From Variovorax sp. (GTDB lineage: Bacteria > Pseudomonadota > Gammaproteobacteria > Burkholderiales > Burkholderiaceae_C), in NCBI GenBank assembly GCA_040003555.1, contig JBDUCH010000001.1, forward strand, positions 1 through 57,068: DNA of 57,068 nucleotides. Reading direction: 5' to 3'. The number at the start of each line of letters is the position of its first letter. The stretch's first letter is position 1. Below are positions 28,158 through 38,002 of this stretch, one piece after another. The notes beneath the pieces were generated by a model. It had not been told where the DNA came from. It worked only from the letters and a program-made list of their open reading frames with translations, and ran no database searches. The position numbers were made by a program, and so were the translations under genes.

Positions 28158-29114
28158 TTGAAAACACCCCTCCAACCCACCGTTGTGTTTGCGGATCTGA
28201 CCGGGATCACCCGTGTGTTCGAGGCCGTGGGCAATGCGCGCGCAACCGAGACGGTGAGCCGGCTCGTTCAGTGGATCGGCGGCGTTTGCGAGTCGCATCG
28301 CGGGCGCGTCGTCAAGACACGAGGCGAGGGCGTGTTTGCGATGTTTCCGGACGGTGCCTCCGCTGTTGGCGCGGTGCTCGAATTGCAGCGCAACCATCAG
28401 AAGCGCCTCACGGTGTGGCCGGCACCGCTGCGCATGGATCTTCAGATCGGGGTGGCGAGCAGCAAAGCGCTCGAAGTCGATGGCGATGCGGTCACTCTGG
28501 CATCGCGCCTGAGCGGGCTGGCCGGCCCGGGACAGATCTGGGCGACGAAATCGGTGATCGACCAACTCGGCGAAACCGGGGTGCGGCATCGCAGTCTGGG
28601 CCCGATCAACGTCCGCGGCAGAAGCGAGCCGCCAGTCGTGCACCGCATCGACTGGCAGGCGGAGGTGGCGGCGGCGGCGGCTCCAACCGTGCCGGGATCG
28701 CTGGCTTCGCTGACGCAACAGAGCCGGCCCCCGGACTCGAACTTTGGCCAGATCGAGCGGTCATGGCTCGATGTGCGCTCGATGTTTCGTGCGGATGAAC
28801 TGCCGATTCACGTGGGGCGTGTCAACGAAGCCGACTTCGTGGTCAACGACCCGCGGGTGTCGCGGCTGCATGCACGCATCGAGGCGCGGCAGGGCAGTTG
28901 TGTGCTGGTTGATATCAGCACCTTTGGCACCTGGGTGCGCTTTCACGGCACTGCGGGTGCCGGCGGCGAAATCGCGCTGCGGCGCGGCGAGTGCGTGCTG
29001 CACGGCAGCGGCGAAATCGGCCTGGGTGCACCGCTGAGCGATTTCAGCGCGCCGACCATTTCGTTCAACGCCACCGGCGGCAGCGTGCTGCTGGAACGCA
29101 AGGATGCGCGCTAG
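28158..29114 (+). CDS. Class III adenylate/guanylate cyclase-like domain plus FHA domain protein
   Basis: TVVFADLTG, VVKTRGEG and GDAVTLASRL in the cyclase part; GR...VSRLHA and DISTFGTWV in the FHA part. Start uncertain (TTG 28158). Confidence 0.8.
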   Translation: MKTPLQPTVVFADLTGITRVFEAVGNARATETVSRLVQWIGGVCESHRGRVVKTRGEGVFAMFPDGASAVGAVLELQRNHQKRLTVWPAPLRMDLQIGVASSKALEVDGDAVTLASRLSGLAGPGQIWATKSVIDQLGETGVRHRSLGPINVRGRSEPPVVHRIDWQAEVAAAAAPTVPGSLASLTQQSRPPDSNFGQIERSWLDVRSMFRADELPIHVGRVNEADFVVNDPRVSRLHARIEARQGSCVLVDISTFGTWVRFHGTAGAGGEIALRRGECVLHGSGEIGLGAPLSDFSAPTISFNATGGSVLLERKDAR

Positions 29115-29752
29115 GAGTCCGGTAAAAGTTCATGGCTCTGGCCCATGGCGCCCACGAACATCTCGAAGATTCGACGCGAGACGCCCATGGGATCCTTGCG
29201 CAACACGTAGCGCGGCGTGTTCTGCGGATTGATGAGGACCGTTGCGAGCCCCTGACATACAGTCCACGCGCCGAGCGTTGCGTCGCGACTGCGCTCCATG
29301 GATCCCCCGTGTGCCAGCAGATAGTCGGCTACGGCGGATTCCAGCAGGCTGTACGAACGGATGGCGGCATCGTTGAGTTCGGGGAACAGTGTCTTGTCTG
29401 GAATTTCGGGGCCGTGCATCAGTTGGTACAAAACCGGATGAGCAAGTGCGAATTCCACATACGCCATCAGCACCGCCATGAGCCGCTCGTCGGGCGTGCG
29501 CTTGTCCTTCAAAGCGCCCATGCGGTGGTCGAACAGCATTCGAAAGCCCTGTGCTGCGATCGCCGCGAGCAGTGCCGCCCTTGACTTGAAGTGATGCAGC
29601 GGCGCTGTTTGCGTCACGCCCAACCGTCTGGCGATTTCGCGCATCGTGAGGTTGCCAAGCCCTTCCGTTTCGACGATCAACATGCCCTGCGAAACCAGCT
29701 CCTCGCGCAGATTGCCGTGATGGTAGGAACTTCTTGGGGTCTTCGCGGTCAT
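29111..29752 (-). CDS. TetR/AcrR family regulator
   Basis: YHHGNLREEL...LTMREIARRLGVTQTAPLHHF HTH; last gene of the leftward catabolic operon. Confidence 0.92.
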   Translation of the reverse strand: MTAKTPRSSYHHGNLREELVSQGMLIVETEGLGNLTMREIARRLGVTQTAPLHHFKSRAALLAAIAAQGFRMLFDHRMGALKDKRTPDERLMAVLMAYVEFALAHPVLYQLMHGPEIPDKTLFPELNDAAIRSYSLLESAVADYLLAHGGSMERSRDATLGAWTVCQGLATVLINPQNTPRYVLRKDPMGVSRRIFEMFVGAMGQSHELLPDS

Positions 29753-29765
29753 TTGCGACCGGATG

Positions 29766-30953
29766 TTAGCGCCTTCCGCCCGCGACTTCGAACAGGCCCG
29801 CTGCACCCATGCCGCCGCCGATGCACATCGTGACCACGACGTACTTCACGCCGCGACGCCGTCCTTCTTGCAGGGCATGGCCGGTCATGCGCGTGCCGGA
29901 CATGCCGAAGGGATGGCCGATGGCAATGGCGCCGCCGTTGACGTTCAGGCGCTCCTGCGGAATGCCGAGCCGGTCGGCGCAATGGAGCACCTGCACGGCG
30001 AAGGCCTCGTTGAGTTCCCAGAGACCGATGTCGTTCACGTTGAGTCCGGCCTGCTGCAGCAGCTTCGGCACGGCGAAGACGGGGCCGATGCCCATCTCGT
30101 CCGGTGCGCAACCAGCGACTGCGAAGCCGCGGAACCAGCCCAACACCGGCAGCCCGCGACGTGCGGCCAGGTCGGCATCCATCACCACGCACGCGGCAGC
30201 GCCGTCGGACAGCTGGCTGGCGTTGCCTGCGGTCACGGTGCCGCCTTCGCGCACCGGCTTCAGGCCGACCAGGGTGGCGGCGGTGGTGCCGGCACGCGGC
30301 CCCTCGTCGCGCGCGAGTTCTGCGGCTTCGTCCCGCACGCCGCCGTCGCGCTCCTGGCGGCGGGCGATGGTCGCAATGGGGACGATCTCCGCCTCGAAGC
30401 GGCCCTCGGCCTGCGCCTGCGCATGGCGCTGCTGGCTGAGCGCCGCATAGGCGTCCTGGCGTTCGCGTGAGATGCCGTAGCGCTGCTGCACAACCTCTGC
30501 GGTGTCGAGCATGGGCATGTAGACCTGCGGTGCATGGGCGGCCAGCCAGGGCTCCTCGCACATGAACTGGTTGGTGTGCTCGCGCACGCAACTGACCGAC
30601 TCGGTGCCGCCGGCAACCGCCATTTGCATGCTGCCGGTGCGCACGGCCTGCGCTGCGATCGCGATGCTCTGCAGCCCCGACGAGCAGTAACGGTTGACCG
30701 TCATGCCCGGCACGCCCTCCGGCAGCCCTGCAGCGAGCGCGGCGATGCGGCCGACGTTGAAGCCGTTGGCGCCCTCGGGGAAGGCGCAGCCGAGGATCAC
30801 GTCTTCCACTTCGTCGGCGGCAACACCGGCGCGCGCGACCGCATGCCGCACCACATGGGCGCCGAGCGTGGCGCCGTGCGTGAGGTTGAGCGTGCCGCGA
30901 AAGGCCTTGCCGATCGGGGTGCGGGCGTAGGAAACGATGGCGGCATCACGCAT
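29766..30953 (-). CDS. Acetyl-CoA C-acyltransferase (thiolase)
   Basis: [17 protein letters not shown] and MCIGGGMG. Start ATG 30953. Confidence 0.95.
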   Translation of the reverse strand: MRDAAIVSYARTPIGKAFRGTLNLTHGATLGAHVVRHAVARAGVAADEVEDVILGCAFPEGANGFNVGRIAALAAGLPEGVPGMTVNRYCSSGLQSIAIAAQAVRTGSMQMAVAGGTESVSCVREHTNQFMCEEPWLAAHAPQVYMPMLDTAEVVQQRYGISRERQDAYAALSQQRHAQAQAEGRFEAEIVPIATIARRQERDGGVRDEAAELARDEGPRAGTTAATLVGLKPVREGGTVTAGNASQLSDGAAACVVMDADLAARRGLPVLGWFRGFAVAGCAPDEMGIGPVFAVPKLLQQAGLNVNDIGLWELNEAFAVQVLHCADRLGIPQERLNVNGGAIAIGHPFGMSGTRMTGHALQEGRRRGVKYVVVTMCIGGGMGAAGLFEVAGGRR

Positions 30954-33930
30954 GGGTCGACTCCGGCAGCTCGCGCGCGGTTGAAAAAAAGGACGGCGAG
31001 GTCGCCGGGACTGCCGCGGCGGCCAACACGGTGCGGTGTGCGGCAAAGGCCTGCAGCGCTCCGATCGCCTGCGCCTCGCCGGGGAAGACTGCGAAGCCGC
31101 CGCGCGCGAAGGCTTCGCGCACATGTGCATGCGGGCTGTAGACCGCCACCGGCTTGGCCGACGCCTCCATCGCGGCGCGGCACTCGCGCACAAAGCGCGG
31201 CACGTCATAGCTTGGCCCGCCGACCGCCAGCAGGCCCAGCGTGGCGGCGTCCACCGCCTCGTCCTGCAGCACCGCCCGCATCACTGCGCCCAGCAGCGCG
31301 GGATCGGCCAGCAGCATGGCAGTCAGATCCACGGGATTGCGGTTCAGCGAAAAGTCCGGCAGCAGATCGGCGAGCTGCTGCTCGGATCCCGCGGACAGTC
31401 GTGCCAGCGGCAGGCCGTGCGCCTGCGCCTCGTCGGCCGCCAACACGCAAGAGGCCCCGGAGTTGCTGACCAGCGCCAGCCGCGGTACGCCACTTGCAGG
31501 CCTCGCGGCGGGTGCCAGCGCGAGGTAGAGCGGCACACTGGCCACCAACTCCATCAGGCCGGGCACGGTGCGGCAGCCGTGCGCGTCGAACAGCGCGTCG
31601 AACTCGGCGTGCGCCGACCCCGCGGAACCGGTGTGCAGGTCGGCGGAGCGGGTGCCGTGCGCGGATCGCCCGGCGCGCACCGCGAGCACCGCCACGCCGC
31701 GCTGCCGGGCCGTGTCGAGCGCTGCCGCCATGCGCGCCGGATCCGGCACGTTCTCGAGATAGAGCAGCACCAGGCGCACGCCGGGCTGCCGCACCAGCGC
31801 CTCGATGAAGTCGGCCGTGTCGACGTCGGCCTCGTTGCCGGTGGCCGCCACGCAGCGCACGCCCCAGCCCGCATCGCGCAGCAGCGCGTAGGCCGATACG
31901 CCGAAGGCGCCGCTTTGCGAGACGATCGCGATCGGGCCGTCCTGCGGCACGTGGTCGGTGTAGATCGAGGCGAAGGACAGCACAGCGCCGCTGTCGAAGC
32001 TGGCGACGCCGATGCTGTTCGGCCCCACCAGGCGGACGCCGCCGGCGCGGCAGATCGCTGCCAGCCGCTCCTGCCGGGTTCGGCCTTCGGCGCCGAGCTC
32101 GGCATAGCCCGAGGCGAACAGCAGCGCGTGGCCGACACCCAGTCGCGCGCACTCGGCGAGCTGATGCTCGGCCTGCTCCGCCCCGATGCACAGAATCACG
32201 GCATCGGGCACTTCCGGCAACTGGTCGAGCGCCGCGTACGCCGGCAAGCCCTGCACGCAGTCGGCGCGCGGATTGACCGGATAGATGCGGCCGGCGAAGC
32301 CCTGCTCCTGCAGGTACTTGATCGGCCGGCCGCCGACCTTGTTCGGGTTGTCGGACGCGCCCACCACGGCCACCGAGCGAGGCACCAGCAACCTGTCGAG
32401 CGAGGGCCGCGCGGGCGTCGGCGCGGCATGGACCAGTGCCTTCAGTTTCGCCTTGAGCAGCTTGCCCGTGCTGGTGGCCGGCAGCTGCGCCATCGTATGG
32501 ATCTCGACCGGCACCTTGTAGGGTGCGAGGTGCTCGCGCAGAAAGGCGCGCAGCCGCGCTGTATCGACGGTGTGGCCTTGCAGCGGCTCGATGTAGGCGA
32601 CGATCTCCTCGTCGCCCGGCACGCTGCGCCCGACCACGGCGCACTGCGCGACGCCGGGGAATTCGGCGATCGCCTTTTCGACCTCGGCCGGGTACACGTT
32701 GAAGCCGCCGCGGATGATCATTTCCTTGCTGCGTCCGACGATCGAGAGATCGCCTTCGGGGCCGAAGACGCCGATGTCGCCGGTGTGCAGCCAGCCCTGC
32801 GCATCGACCGCCGCGCGGGTCTGCGCGGGATCGCGGAAGTAGCCTTTCATCACATTGGGCCCGCGGATGCAGACCTCGCCGCGCTCGCCGCCAGCGACCG
32901 GCGTGCCGGCCTCGTCCATCAGCACCACCTCCACGCCCGGGATCGGCCAGCCGGCCGTCACGTCCTTCGGCGGGGGATGGCCGAAGGTGCGCGTGGCCGC
33001 AGGGGCCGATTCGGTCAGGCCGTAACCGTGGTGCAGGCGCAGGCCGAGCAGTGCCTCGGTCTGTGCCTTGCGCGTGGCATCGATCAGCGAGCCGCCGATG
33101 TAGATCATGCGCAGCCGGTTCGGCACCAGCGTGCGGCCCTGCTGCTGAGCCCATTCGTGCAGCCGCGCATACATGGCGGGGACGCCCTGGAAGACCGTGA
33201 TGGCGCCGCTGGCGATGGCCTCGCCCAGCTTCTCGGCAGAGAAGCGGCCAACCAGGCGGAAGGCGGCGCCCGCGCGAAGTCCGCACAGCAGCGCGGTGAT
33301 CAGTCCGAAGGAATGCGAGATCGGCAGCGCATGGAAGATCACGTCCTCCGCCAGCAGCGCCTGTTGCTCCCCGGAGACGCGGGTGACGAAATCGAGGTTG
33401 GCATGGGTCAGCATGACGCCCTTGGGCATGCCGGTGCTGCCCGAGGTGTAGATCATCAGCGCGACATCGTTAGGCGAGCCGTCGTCGCTGCCGTCGGCCG
33501 CGGTGCCCGCGCCTTCGCAGACTTGCAGGCGGCCGCCGGGAACGCCAGGGAGCGTGCTGTGCGCGCCCCGGCGATCGGCATGCGCGAGCGCATCGGGCGA
33601 GGCGGCGGCCGCGAAGTAGACCAGGCGCGGCTCGCAGTGCGCGCAGATCGCGTACACCTCGGCGGCCGACATGCGGGCATTCAACGGCACCGCCCAGCCG
33701 CCCGCGCGGATCGCACCGAGCAGGGTGACCACCATGTCTTCGCTGTTCTCGCCGATCAGCGCCATGCGCTGGCCCCGTGCCAGTCCAGCACCGGACAAGG
33801 CCTGCGCAGCTGCGTCGATGCGCGCTGCCAGTGCCGCATAGGACAGCGTGTGCCCGTCCTCCAGCGCAAGAGCCACCTCGGCGCCGCGTCCGCGCGCAAC
33901 CACCTCTTCCACAATTCGATCGATTCTCAT
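30946..33930 (-). CDS. Fusion of AMP-forming acyl-CoA ligase and ADP-forming acyl-CoA synthetase alpha-type module
   Basis: N-terminal half: [27 protein letters not shown] and TGKLLK. C-terminal half: [38 protein letters not shown] and NPVD. No ATP-grasp domain. Confidence 0.88.
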   Translation of the reverse strand: MRIDRIVEEVVARGRGAEVALALEDGHTLSYAALAARIDAAAQALSGAGLARGQRMALIGENSEDMVVTLLGAIRAGGWAVPLNARMSAAEVYAICAHCEPRLVYFAAAASPDALAHADRRGAHSTLPGVPGGRLQVCEGAGTAADGSDDGSPNDVALMIYTSGSTGMPKGVMLTHANLDFVTRVSGEQQALLAEDVIFHALPISHSFGLITALLCGLRAGAAFRLVGRFSAEKLGEAIASGAITVFQGVPAMYARLHEWAQQQGRTLVPNRLRMIYIGGSLIDATRKAQTEALLGLRLHHGYGLTESAPAATRTFGHPPPKDVTAGWPIPGVEVVLMDEAGTPVAGGERGEVCIRGPNVMKGYFRDPAQTRAAVDAQGWLHTGDIGVFGPEGDLSIVGRSKEMIIRGGFNVYPAEVEKAIAEFPGVAQCAVVGRSVPGDEEIVAYIEPLQGHTVDTARLRAFLREHLAPYKVPVEIHTMAQLPATSTGKLLKAKLKALVHAAPTPARPSLDRLLVPRSVAVVGASDNPNKVGGRPIKYLQEQGFAGRIYPVNPRADCVQGLPAYAALDQLPEVPDAVILCIGAEQAEHQLAECARLGVGHALLFASGYAELGAEGRTRQERLAAICRAGGVRLVGPNSIGVASFDSGAVLSFASIYTDHVPQDGPIAIVSQSGAFGVSAYALLRDAGWGVRCVAATGNEADVDTADFIEALVRQPGVRLVLLYLENVPDPARMAAALDTARQRGVAVLAVRAGRSAHGTRSADLHTGSAGSAHAEFDALFDAHGCRTVPGLMELVASVPLYLALAPAARPASGVPRLALVSNSGASCVLAADEAQAHGLPLARLSAGSEQQLADLLPDFSLNRNPVDLTAMLLADPALLGAVMRAVLQDEAVDAATLGLLAVGGPSYDVPRFVRECRAAMEASAKPVAVYSPHAHVREAFARGGFAVFPGEAQAIGALQAFAAHRTVLAAAAVPATSPSFFSTARELPESTHA

Positions 33931-33936
33931 GAATGC

Positions 33937-34926
33937 CTACTCGATGCGAATGTTCTTGTTTTTGATCAGCGGGCCCCACAGGGCACGCTCCCGGCCGATG
34001 AAGGCGTCGAATTCCGCTGCCTTGAGCGGCGGGGCCATCACCAGACCGAGCGCCTCGAACTGGTTGCGGAAGGCCTTGTCCGCAGTGGCTTTCACGATGG
34101 CCTGGTTGAGGCGCTGCACTACCGCGGGTGGCGTCGCTGCGGGCGCCACGATGCCGTACCAGGCGGACACGTTGTAGTTCGGCAGCCCACTCTCGGCGAC
34201 CGTCGGCACCTGCGCAAGCACGCCGATCCGCTCGCGCGTGGTGACGGCGATCGGCCGCAGCTTGTCGCCCTTGATCAGTGCCATGGCGCTGGCCACCGCA
34301 TCCACCGACAACTGAACATCGCCTGCCATCACCGCATTCAGCGCCGGTGCGCTGCCGTTGTAGGGCACGTGGTTCATCGAGATGCCGGCCTCCGACTGCA
34401 GCATCTCGACGGCCAGGTGTGTGCTGCTGCCGGTTCCGGTCGACGCAAAGGCCAGCTTGCTCGGTTCCGCCTTGGCCACGCGCACCAGATCCGCCACGCT
34501 GTGGATCGGCCCAGCGGGGCTGACGGACAGCACCAGCGGTGTGAGAGCGACGTTGGCCACGCCCGCGAAGTCCTTCTCGGGCTGGTAGCGAAGCTTGGCG
34601 ATCAGCATCGGGTTCAGTACCACCGTCGCTGCCGTTGCCATGAGCAAGGTGTAGCCGTCGGCCGGTGCGCCGGCGACCGCGATCGCACCGATCGCCGTGT
34701 TGGCGCCCGGCTTGTTTTCCACAATGACCGGCTGCTGCAAATCCTGCCGCAGCGATTCGGCCAGCCGTCGCGCCAAGCTGTCGGCAATGCCGCCCGGACT
34801 GTAGGGAACCACCAGCTTGATGGGTCGCTCGGGGAAAGGGTCGGCGAGCGCAGGCGCTGCGGTGCACAGGGTCAGCGCGAAGGCAGCACCTGCGGCAATG
34901 GTTTTCAGAAAGGCATTGACCATCAT
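33937..34926 (-). CDS. Bug/TctC tripartite tricarboxylate transporter binding protein
   Basis: FPERPIKLVVPYSPGG, ENKPGA and HVPYNG. ATGA overlap with the upstream SDR stop. Confidence 0.93.
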   Translation of the reverse strand: MMVNAFLKTIAAGAAFALTLCTAAPALADPFPERPIKLVVPYSPGGIADSLARRLAESLRQDLQQPVIVENKPGANTAIGAIAVAGAPADGYTLLMATAATVVLNPMLIAKLRYQPEKDFAGVANVALTPLVLSVSPAGPIHSVADLVRVAKAEPSKLAFASTGTGSSTHLAVEMLQSEAGISMNHVPYNGSAPALNAVMAGDVQLSVDAVASAMALIKGDKLRPIAVTTRERIGVLAQVPTVAESGLPNYNVSAWYGIVAPAATPPAVVQRLNQAIVKATADKAFRNQFEALGLVMAPPLKAAEFDAFIGRERALWGPLIKNKNIRIE

Positions 34927-35849
34927 TTTGCAGTGCCGTCGTGCGCCCTGGAATGGGATTCGGGATGCTGTACGGGCTCGGCACGCAGTGATTTGTCGCG
35001 CTCGTCCCGGCTGCGGATCGACTCGCGCATCTCGCGCCAGGCGGCGTCGTCGAGCTCTGCGAGTTCGGTAAAGGAGGCGCCGTTCTGGCGATGACCGGCG
35101 CCGTCGATGGCGATGGTCTCGCCGTTGATCCACTCGACGCCGTCGGCCATCAGAAACACCGCCAGGTTCTGCAGTTCGGGCATCCGGCCCAGCCGGTTCA
35201 TCGGGTTGCGCACGACACCGTCTTCCCAGGCCGCCTTGGGGCTGAGCCGGCTGTTCGCTCCTTCAGTCGGAAAGATGCCGGGCGCAATGGCGTTCAGCCG
35301 GATGCCGTAGCGCCCCCACTCGATCGCCAGCGACTTGGTCATCACGTCGATGCCGGCCTTGCTCATCGCCGAGGGCACGACGAAAGGCGCGCCCGTGCGC
35401 ACCCAGGTCACGACGATGGAGATCACCGAGCCCTTGTGCCCGCCGGCGATCCAGCGTCGACCCACATGGTGAGTGACGTAGTAGGTGCCATGCAGCACGG
35501 TGTTGGCCACCGCGTCGAAACCGCGCGGCGACACGTCTTGCGTACGGCTCACAAAGTTGCCCGCGGCGTTGTTGACAAGCCCGTCAAGCGGGCCGTGCTC
35601 GACCCAGATGCGCTCGATCATTGCGTCGACCGAATCGGCTTGGCGGATGTCGACCGCATGAGCCCGGACGACGCCACCGTAGCGCGCCTGAAGCTCGGCG
35701 ACCGTGTCGTCCAGCATCGCTTGGCGGCGCCCGCATATATGCACCTCGGCACCCAGTTGCAGGTAGCGCTCGGCGATCTCGCGGCCGAGGCCGGAGCCGC
35801 CGCCGGTGACCAGGATGCGCTTGCCGCGCAGGAGATGGGGTTCGAACAT
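34923..35849 (-). CDS. SDR oxidoreductase, 2,4-dienoyl-CoA reductase-like
   Basis: TGGGSGLG, NNAAGNF, PSAMSKAG (no catalytic Tyr, as in DECR-type enzymes) and NAIAPG. Confidence 0.85.
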   Translation of the reverse strand: MFEPHLLRGKRILVTGGGSGLGREIAERYLQLGAEVHICGRRQAMLDDTVAELQARYGGVVRAHAVDIRQADSVDAMIERIWVEHGPLDGLVNNAAGNFVSRTQDVSPRGFDAVANTVLHGTYYVTHHVGRRWIAGGHKGSVISIVVTWVRTGAPFVVPSAMSKAGIDVMTKSLAIEWGRYGIRLNAIAPGIFPTEGANSRLSPKAAWEDGVVRNPMNRLGRMPELQNLAVFLMADGVEWINGETIAIDGAGHRQNGASFTELAELDDAAWREMRESIRSRDERDKSLRAEPVQHPESHSRAHDGTAK

Positions 35850-35881
35850 TCGATGGATTCCGGAACAGGTGGAAGGGCGTT

Positions 35882-36874
35882 CTATTCGAGGACGATGTTC
35901 TTGGCGCGGATCAGCGGCGCCCAACGCTCGCGCTCCTTGCCGATGTACTGGACGAACTCGCCCTGAGTCATCGCCGGCGGCACCACCAGGCCGAGCGCCT
36001 CGAACTGCTCGCGGAAGCTCTTGTCGGCGATTGCCTGCGCCACCGATGCGTTGAGCCGCAGCGCAACGTCGGGCGGCGTTCTGCGCGGCAGCATCAGGCC
36101 GAACCAGGTGGTGACGTCAAAGTTCGGATAGCCGCCTTCTGCCACGGTCGGAACTTCCGGAAGCGCCGGAAGACGCTCCCGCCCGGTCACCGCCAGCGCG
36201 CGCAGCTTGCCGCCCCGTACCAGCGCCATGGCGCTGCCGGCCGCGTCGGCAAAGAACTGGACATCGCCGCTCATCAGGGCGGTTTGCGCCGGCGCGCTGC
36301 CGTTGTAGGGCACGTGTACCAACGAAATACCGGTCTCGCTCTGCAGCAGTTCGACCGCCAGATGCAACGAGCTGCCGGTACCCGTGGACGCGTAGTTGAG
36401 CTTGCCCGGGTTGGCCTTTGCATCGACGACGAAGTCGCGCAGGGTGCGGTTCGGCGAGCTGTTGCCCACAACCATGAGCATCGGCGTGACGGCGATGCGT
36501 GCCACCGGCAGCAGTTCCTTCTCCGGGTTGTAGGAGAGCTTGGGGTAGAGCAGCGGGTTGAGCACCGCGGTCGCCCCGGTGGCGAACAGCACGGTGTAGC
36601 CGTCCGGCTCGGCAGAGGCGACGGCGCGGGCGCCCAGCGCGGTGTTGCCGCCAGGCTTGTTGTCCACGACGACAGCCTGTCCGAGATCCTTGCGCATGCG
36701 CTCGGCCAGCGCGCGTGCCAGCACGTCAGTGATGCCGCCTGCTGTGTAGGGCACGACCAGCCGGATCGGCCGTTCGGGGTAGCCCGAGGCCGCTGCGGTG
36801 CCGCCGAGCAAGAGTCCCGGAACCACCAGAGGCGCCCACAAGAGCAGCCGCCGTATGAGTTGCTTTCCTGCCAT
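35882..36874 (-). CDS. Bug/TctC binding protein
   Basis: YPERPIRLVVPYTAGG and HVPYNG. AAGGAG RBS precedes ATG 36874. Confidence 0.93.
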   Translation of the reverse strand: MAGKQLIRRLLLWAPLVVPGLLLGGTAAASGYPERPIRLVVPYTAGGITDVLARALAERMRKDLGQAVVVDNKPGGNTALGARAVASAEPDGYTVLFATGATAVLNPLLYPKLSYNPEKELLPVARIAVTPMLMVVGNSSPNRTLRDFVVDAKANPGKLNYASTGTGSSLHLAVELLQSETGISLVHVPYNGSAPAQTALMSGDVQFFADAAGSAMALVRGGKLRALAVTGRERLPALPEVPTVAEGGYPNFDVTTWFGLMLPRRTPPDVALRLNASVAQAIADKSFREQFEALGLVVPPAMTQGEFVQYIGKERERWAPLIRAKNIVLE

Positions 36875-36924
36875 GTTGTCTCCTTCTTTGTCGCCGTCAG
36901 CGGGTCTTCGCTTCATGCGATCAA

Positions 36925-37028
36925 ATCTTAACATTGGTAAGTTATGGCGTAAAATATATCGTTTTCCCTAGGTAAATATCGATTTTTAGAGTCTTTGTTT
37001 CATCGCACAATCTAAACATAGAACAGAT
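36925..37028. promoter_or_regulatory. Two related imperfect palindromes, candidate TetR operators in a divergent promoter
   Basis: ATCTTAACATTGGTAAGTT (36925-36943) and ATCTAAACATAGAACAGAT (37010-37028) lie in an AT-rich gap between divergent operons. Confidence 0.6.
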
Positions 37029-37102
37029 AAAAGGCGCGGTTTCAGATGCTTCCTCGACGGGTAGCGGCGTTGGAACCAACCTATTCGGAACAGGACACGG
37101 AC

Positions 37103-38002
37103 ATGACGAACACGACAGGCAACGACATGGTGCAGGGCAAGGTGGTGCTGGTCACTGGCGCCGGCGCGGGCATCGGGCGCGATCTGGCGCTCGGGCTGGC
37201 ACGCGAAGGCGCACGGGTGGTGGTCAACGACATGGGCGATGTGGCCCACGGCGTGGTCGCGGAAATCCGCGAGGCGGGTGGCGAGGCACTCGCCAGCCTG
37301 GGGAGCGTGGCGGAGCCGGCGGCGGCCCAGCGCATCGTCGACGCGGCCGTCGAACACTTCGGCCGGCTCGACGGGGTGATCAACAACGCGGGCATCCTGC
37401 GCGACCGCTTCTTCCACAAGATGAGCGCGGACGAATGGGACGCCGTGATCAAGGTGCATCTCTACGGCAGCTACTACATCAGCCGCGCTGCGGCCAACCA
37501 CTTCAAGGAACAGGGCGGTGGCGCGTTCGTGCACATGACCTCGACCTCGGGGCTGATCGGCAATCTGGGCCAGGCCAACTACAACGCCGCGAAGATGGGC
37601 ATCGTTGCGCTCTCCAAGAGCATCGCGCTCGACATGCAGAAGTTCAACGTGCGCTCCAACTGCATCGCGCCATTCGCCTGGACCGCGATGACAAGTTCGA
37701 TTCCCACCGACACGCCCGACCAGATCGCACGCGTGGAGAAGTTCAAGCAGATGACGCCCGCGAAGATCGCACCGCTGGCCCTCTACCTGCTCAGTGACGC
37801 AGCGGCCGCAGTGAACGCCCAGGTGTTCACGGTGCGCAACAACGAAATCTTCCTCATGAGCCAACCGCGCCCGGTGCGCTCCGTCCATCGCCAGGAAGGA
37901 TGGACGGCGAAGAGCCTGGCCGAACACGGCATTCCCGCACTGCGGTCGGCCTTCGTTCCGATGGACCGGTCGGCGGACGTCTTCACGTGGGATCCGGTCT
38001 GA
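37103..38002 (+). CDS. SDR, 3-hydroxyacyl-CoA dehydrogenase-like (MFE-2 type)
   Basis: TGAGAGIG, NNAGILRD and GQANYNAAK (YxxxK). Confidence 0.88.
   Translation: MTNTTGNDMVQGKVVLVTGAGAGIGRDLALGLAREGARVVVNDMGDVAHGVVAEIREAGGEALASLGSVAEPAAAQRIVDAAVEHFGRLDGVINNAGILRDRFFHKMSADEWDAVIKVHLYGSYYISRAAANHFKEQGGGAFVHMTSTSGLIGNLGQANYNAAKMGIVALSKSIALDMQKFNVRSNCIAPFAWTAMTSSIPTDTPDQIARVEKFKQMTPAKIAPLALYLLSDAAAAVNAQVFTVRNNEIFLMSQPRPVRSVHRQEGWTAKSLAEHGIPALRSAFVPMDRSADVFTWDPV

Noticed and set aside
31036-35094. 1352-aa plus-strand ORF
   Set aside because: Antisense shadow of the ligase and Bug genes. It is Arg/Ala/Gly-rich with no motifs, as expected in high-GC DNA.
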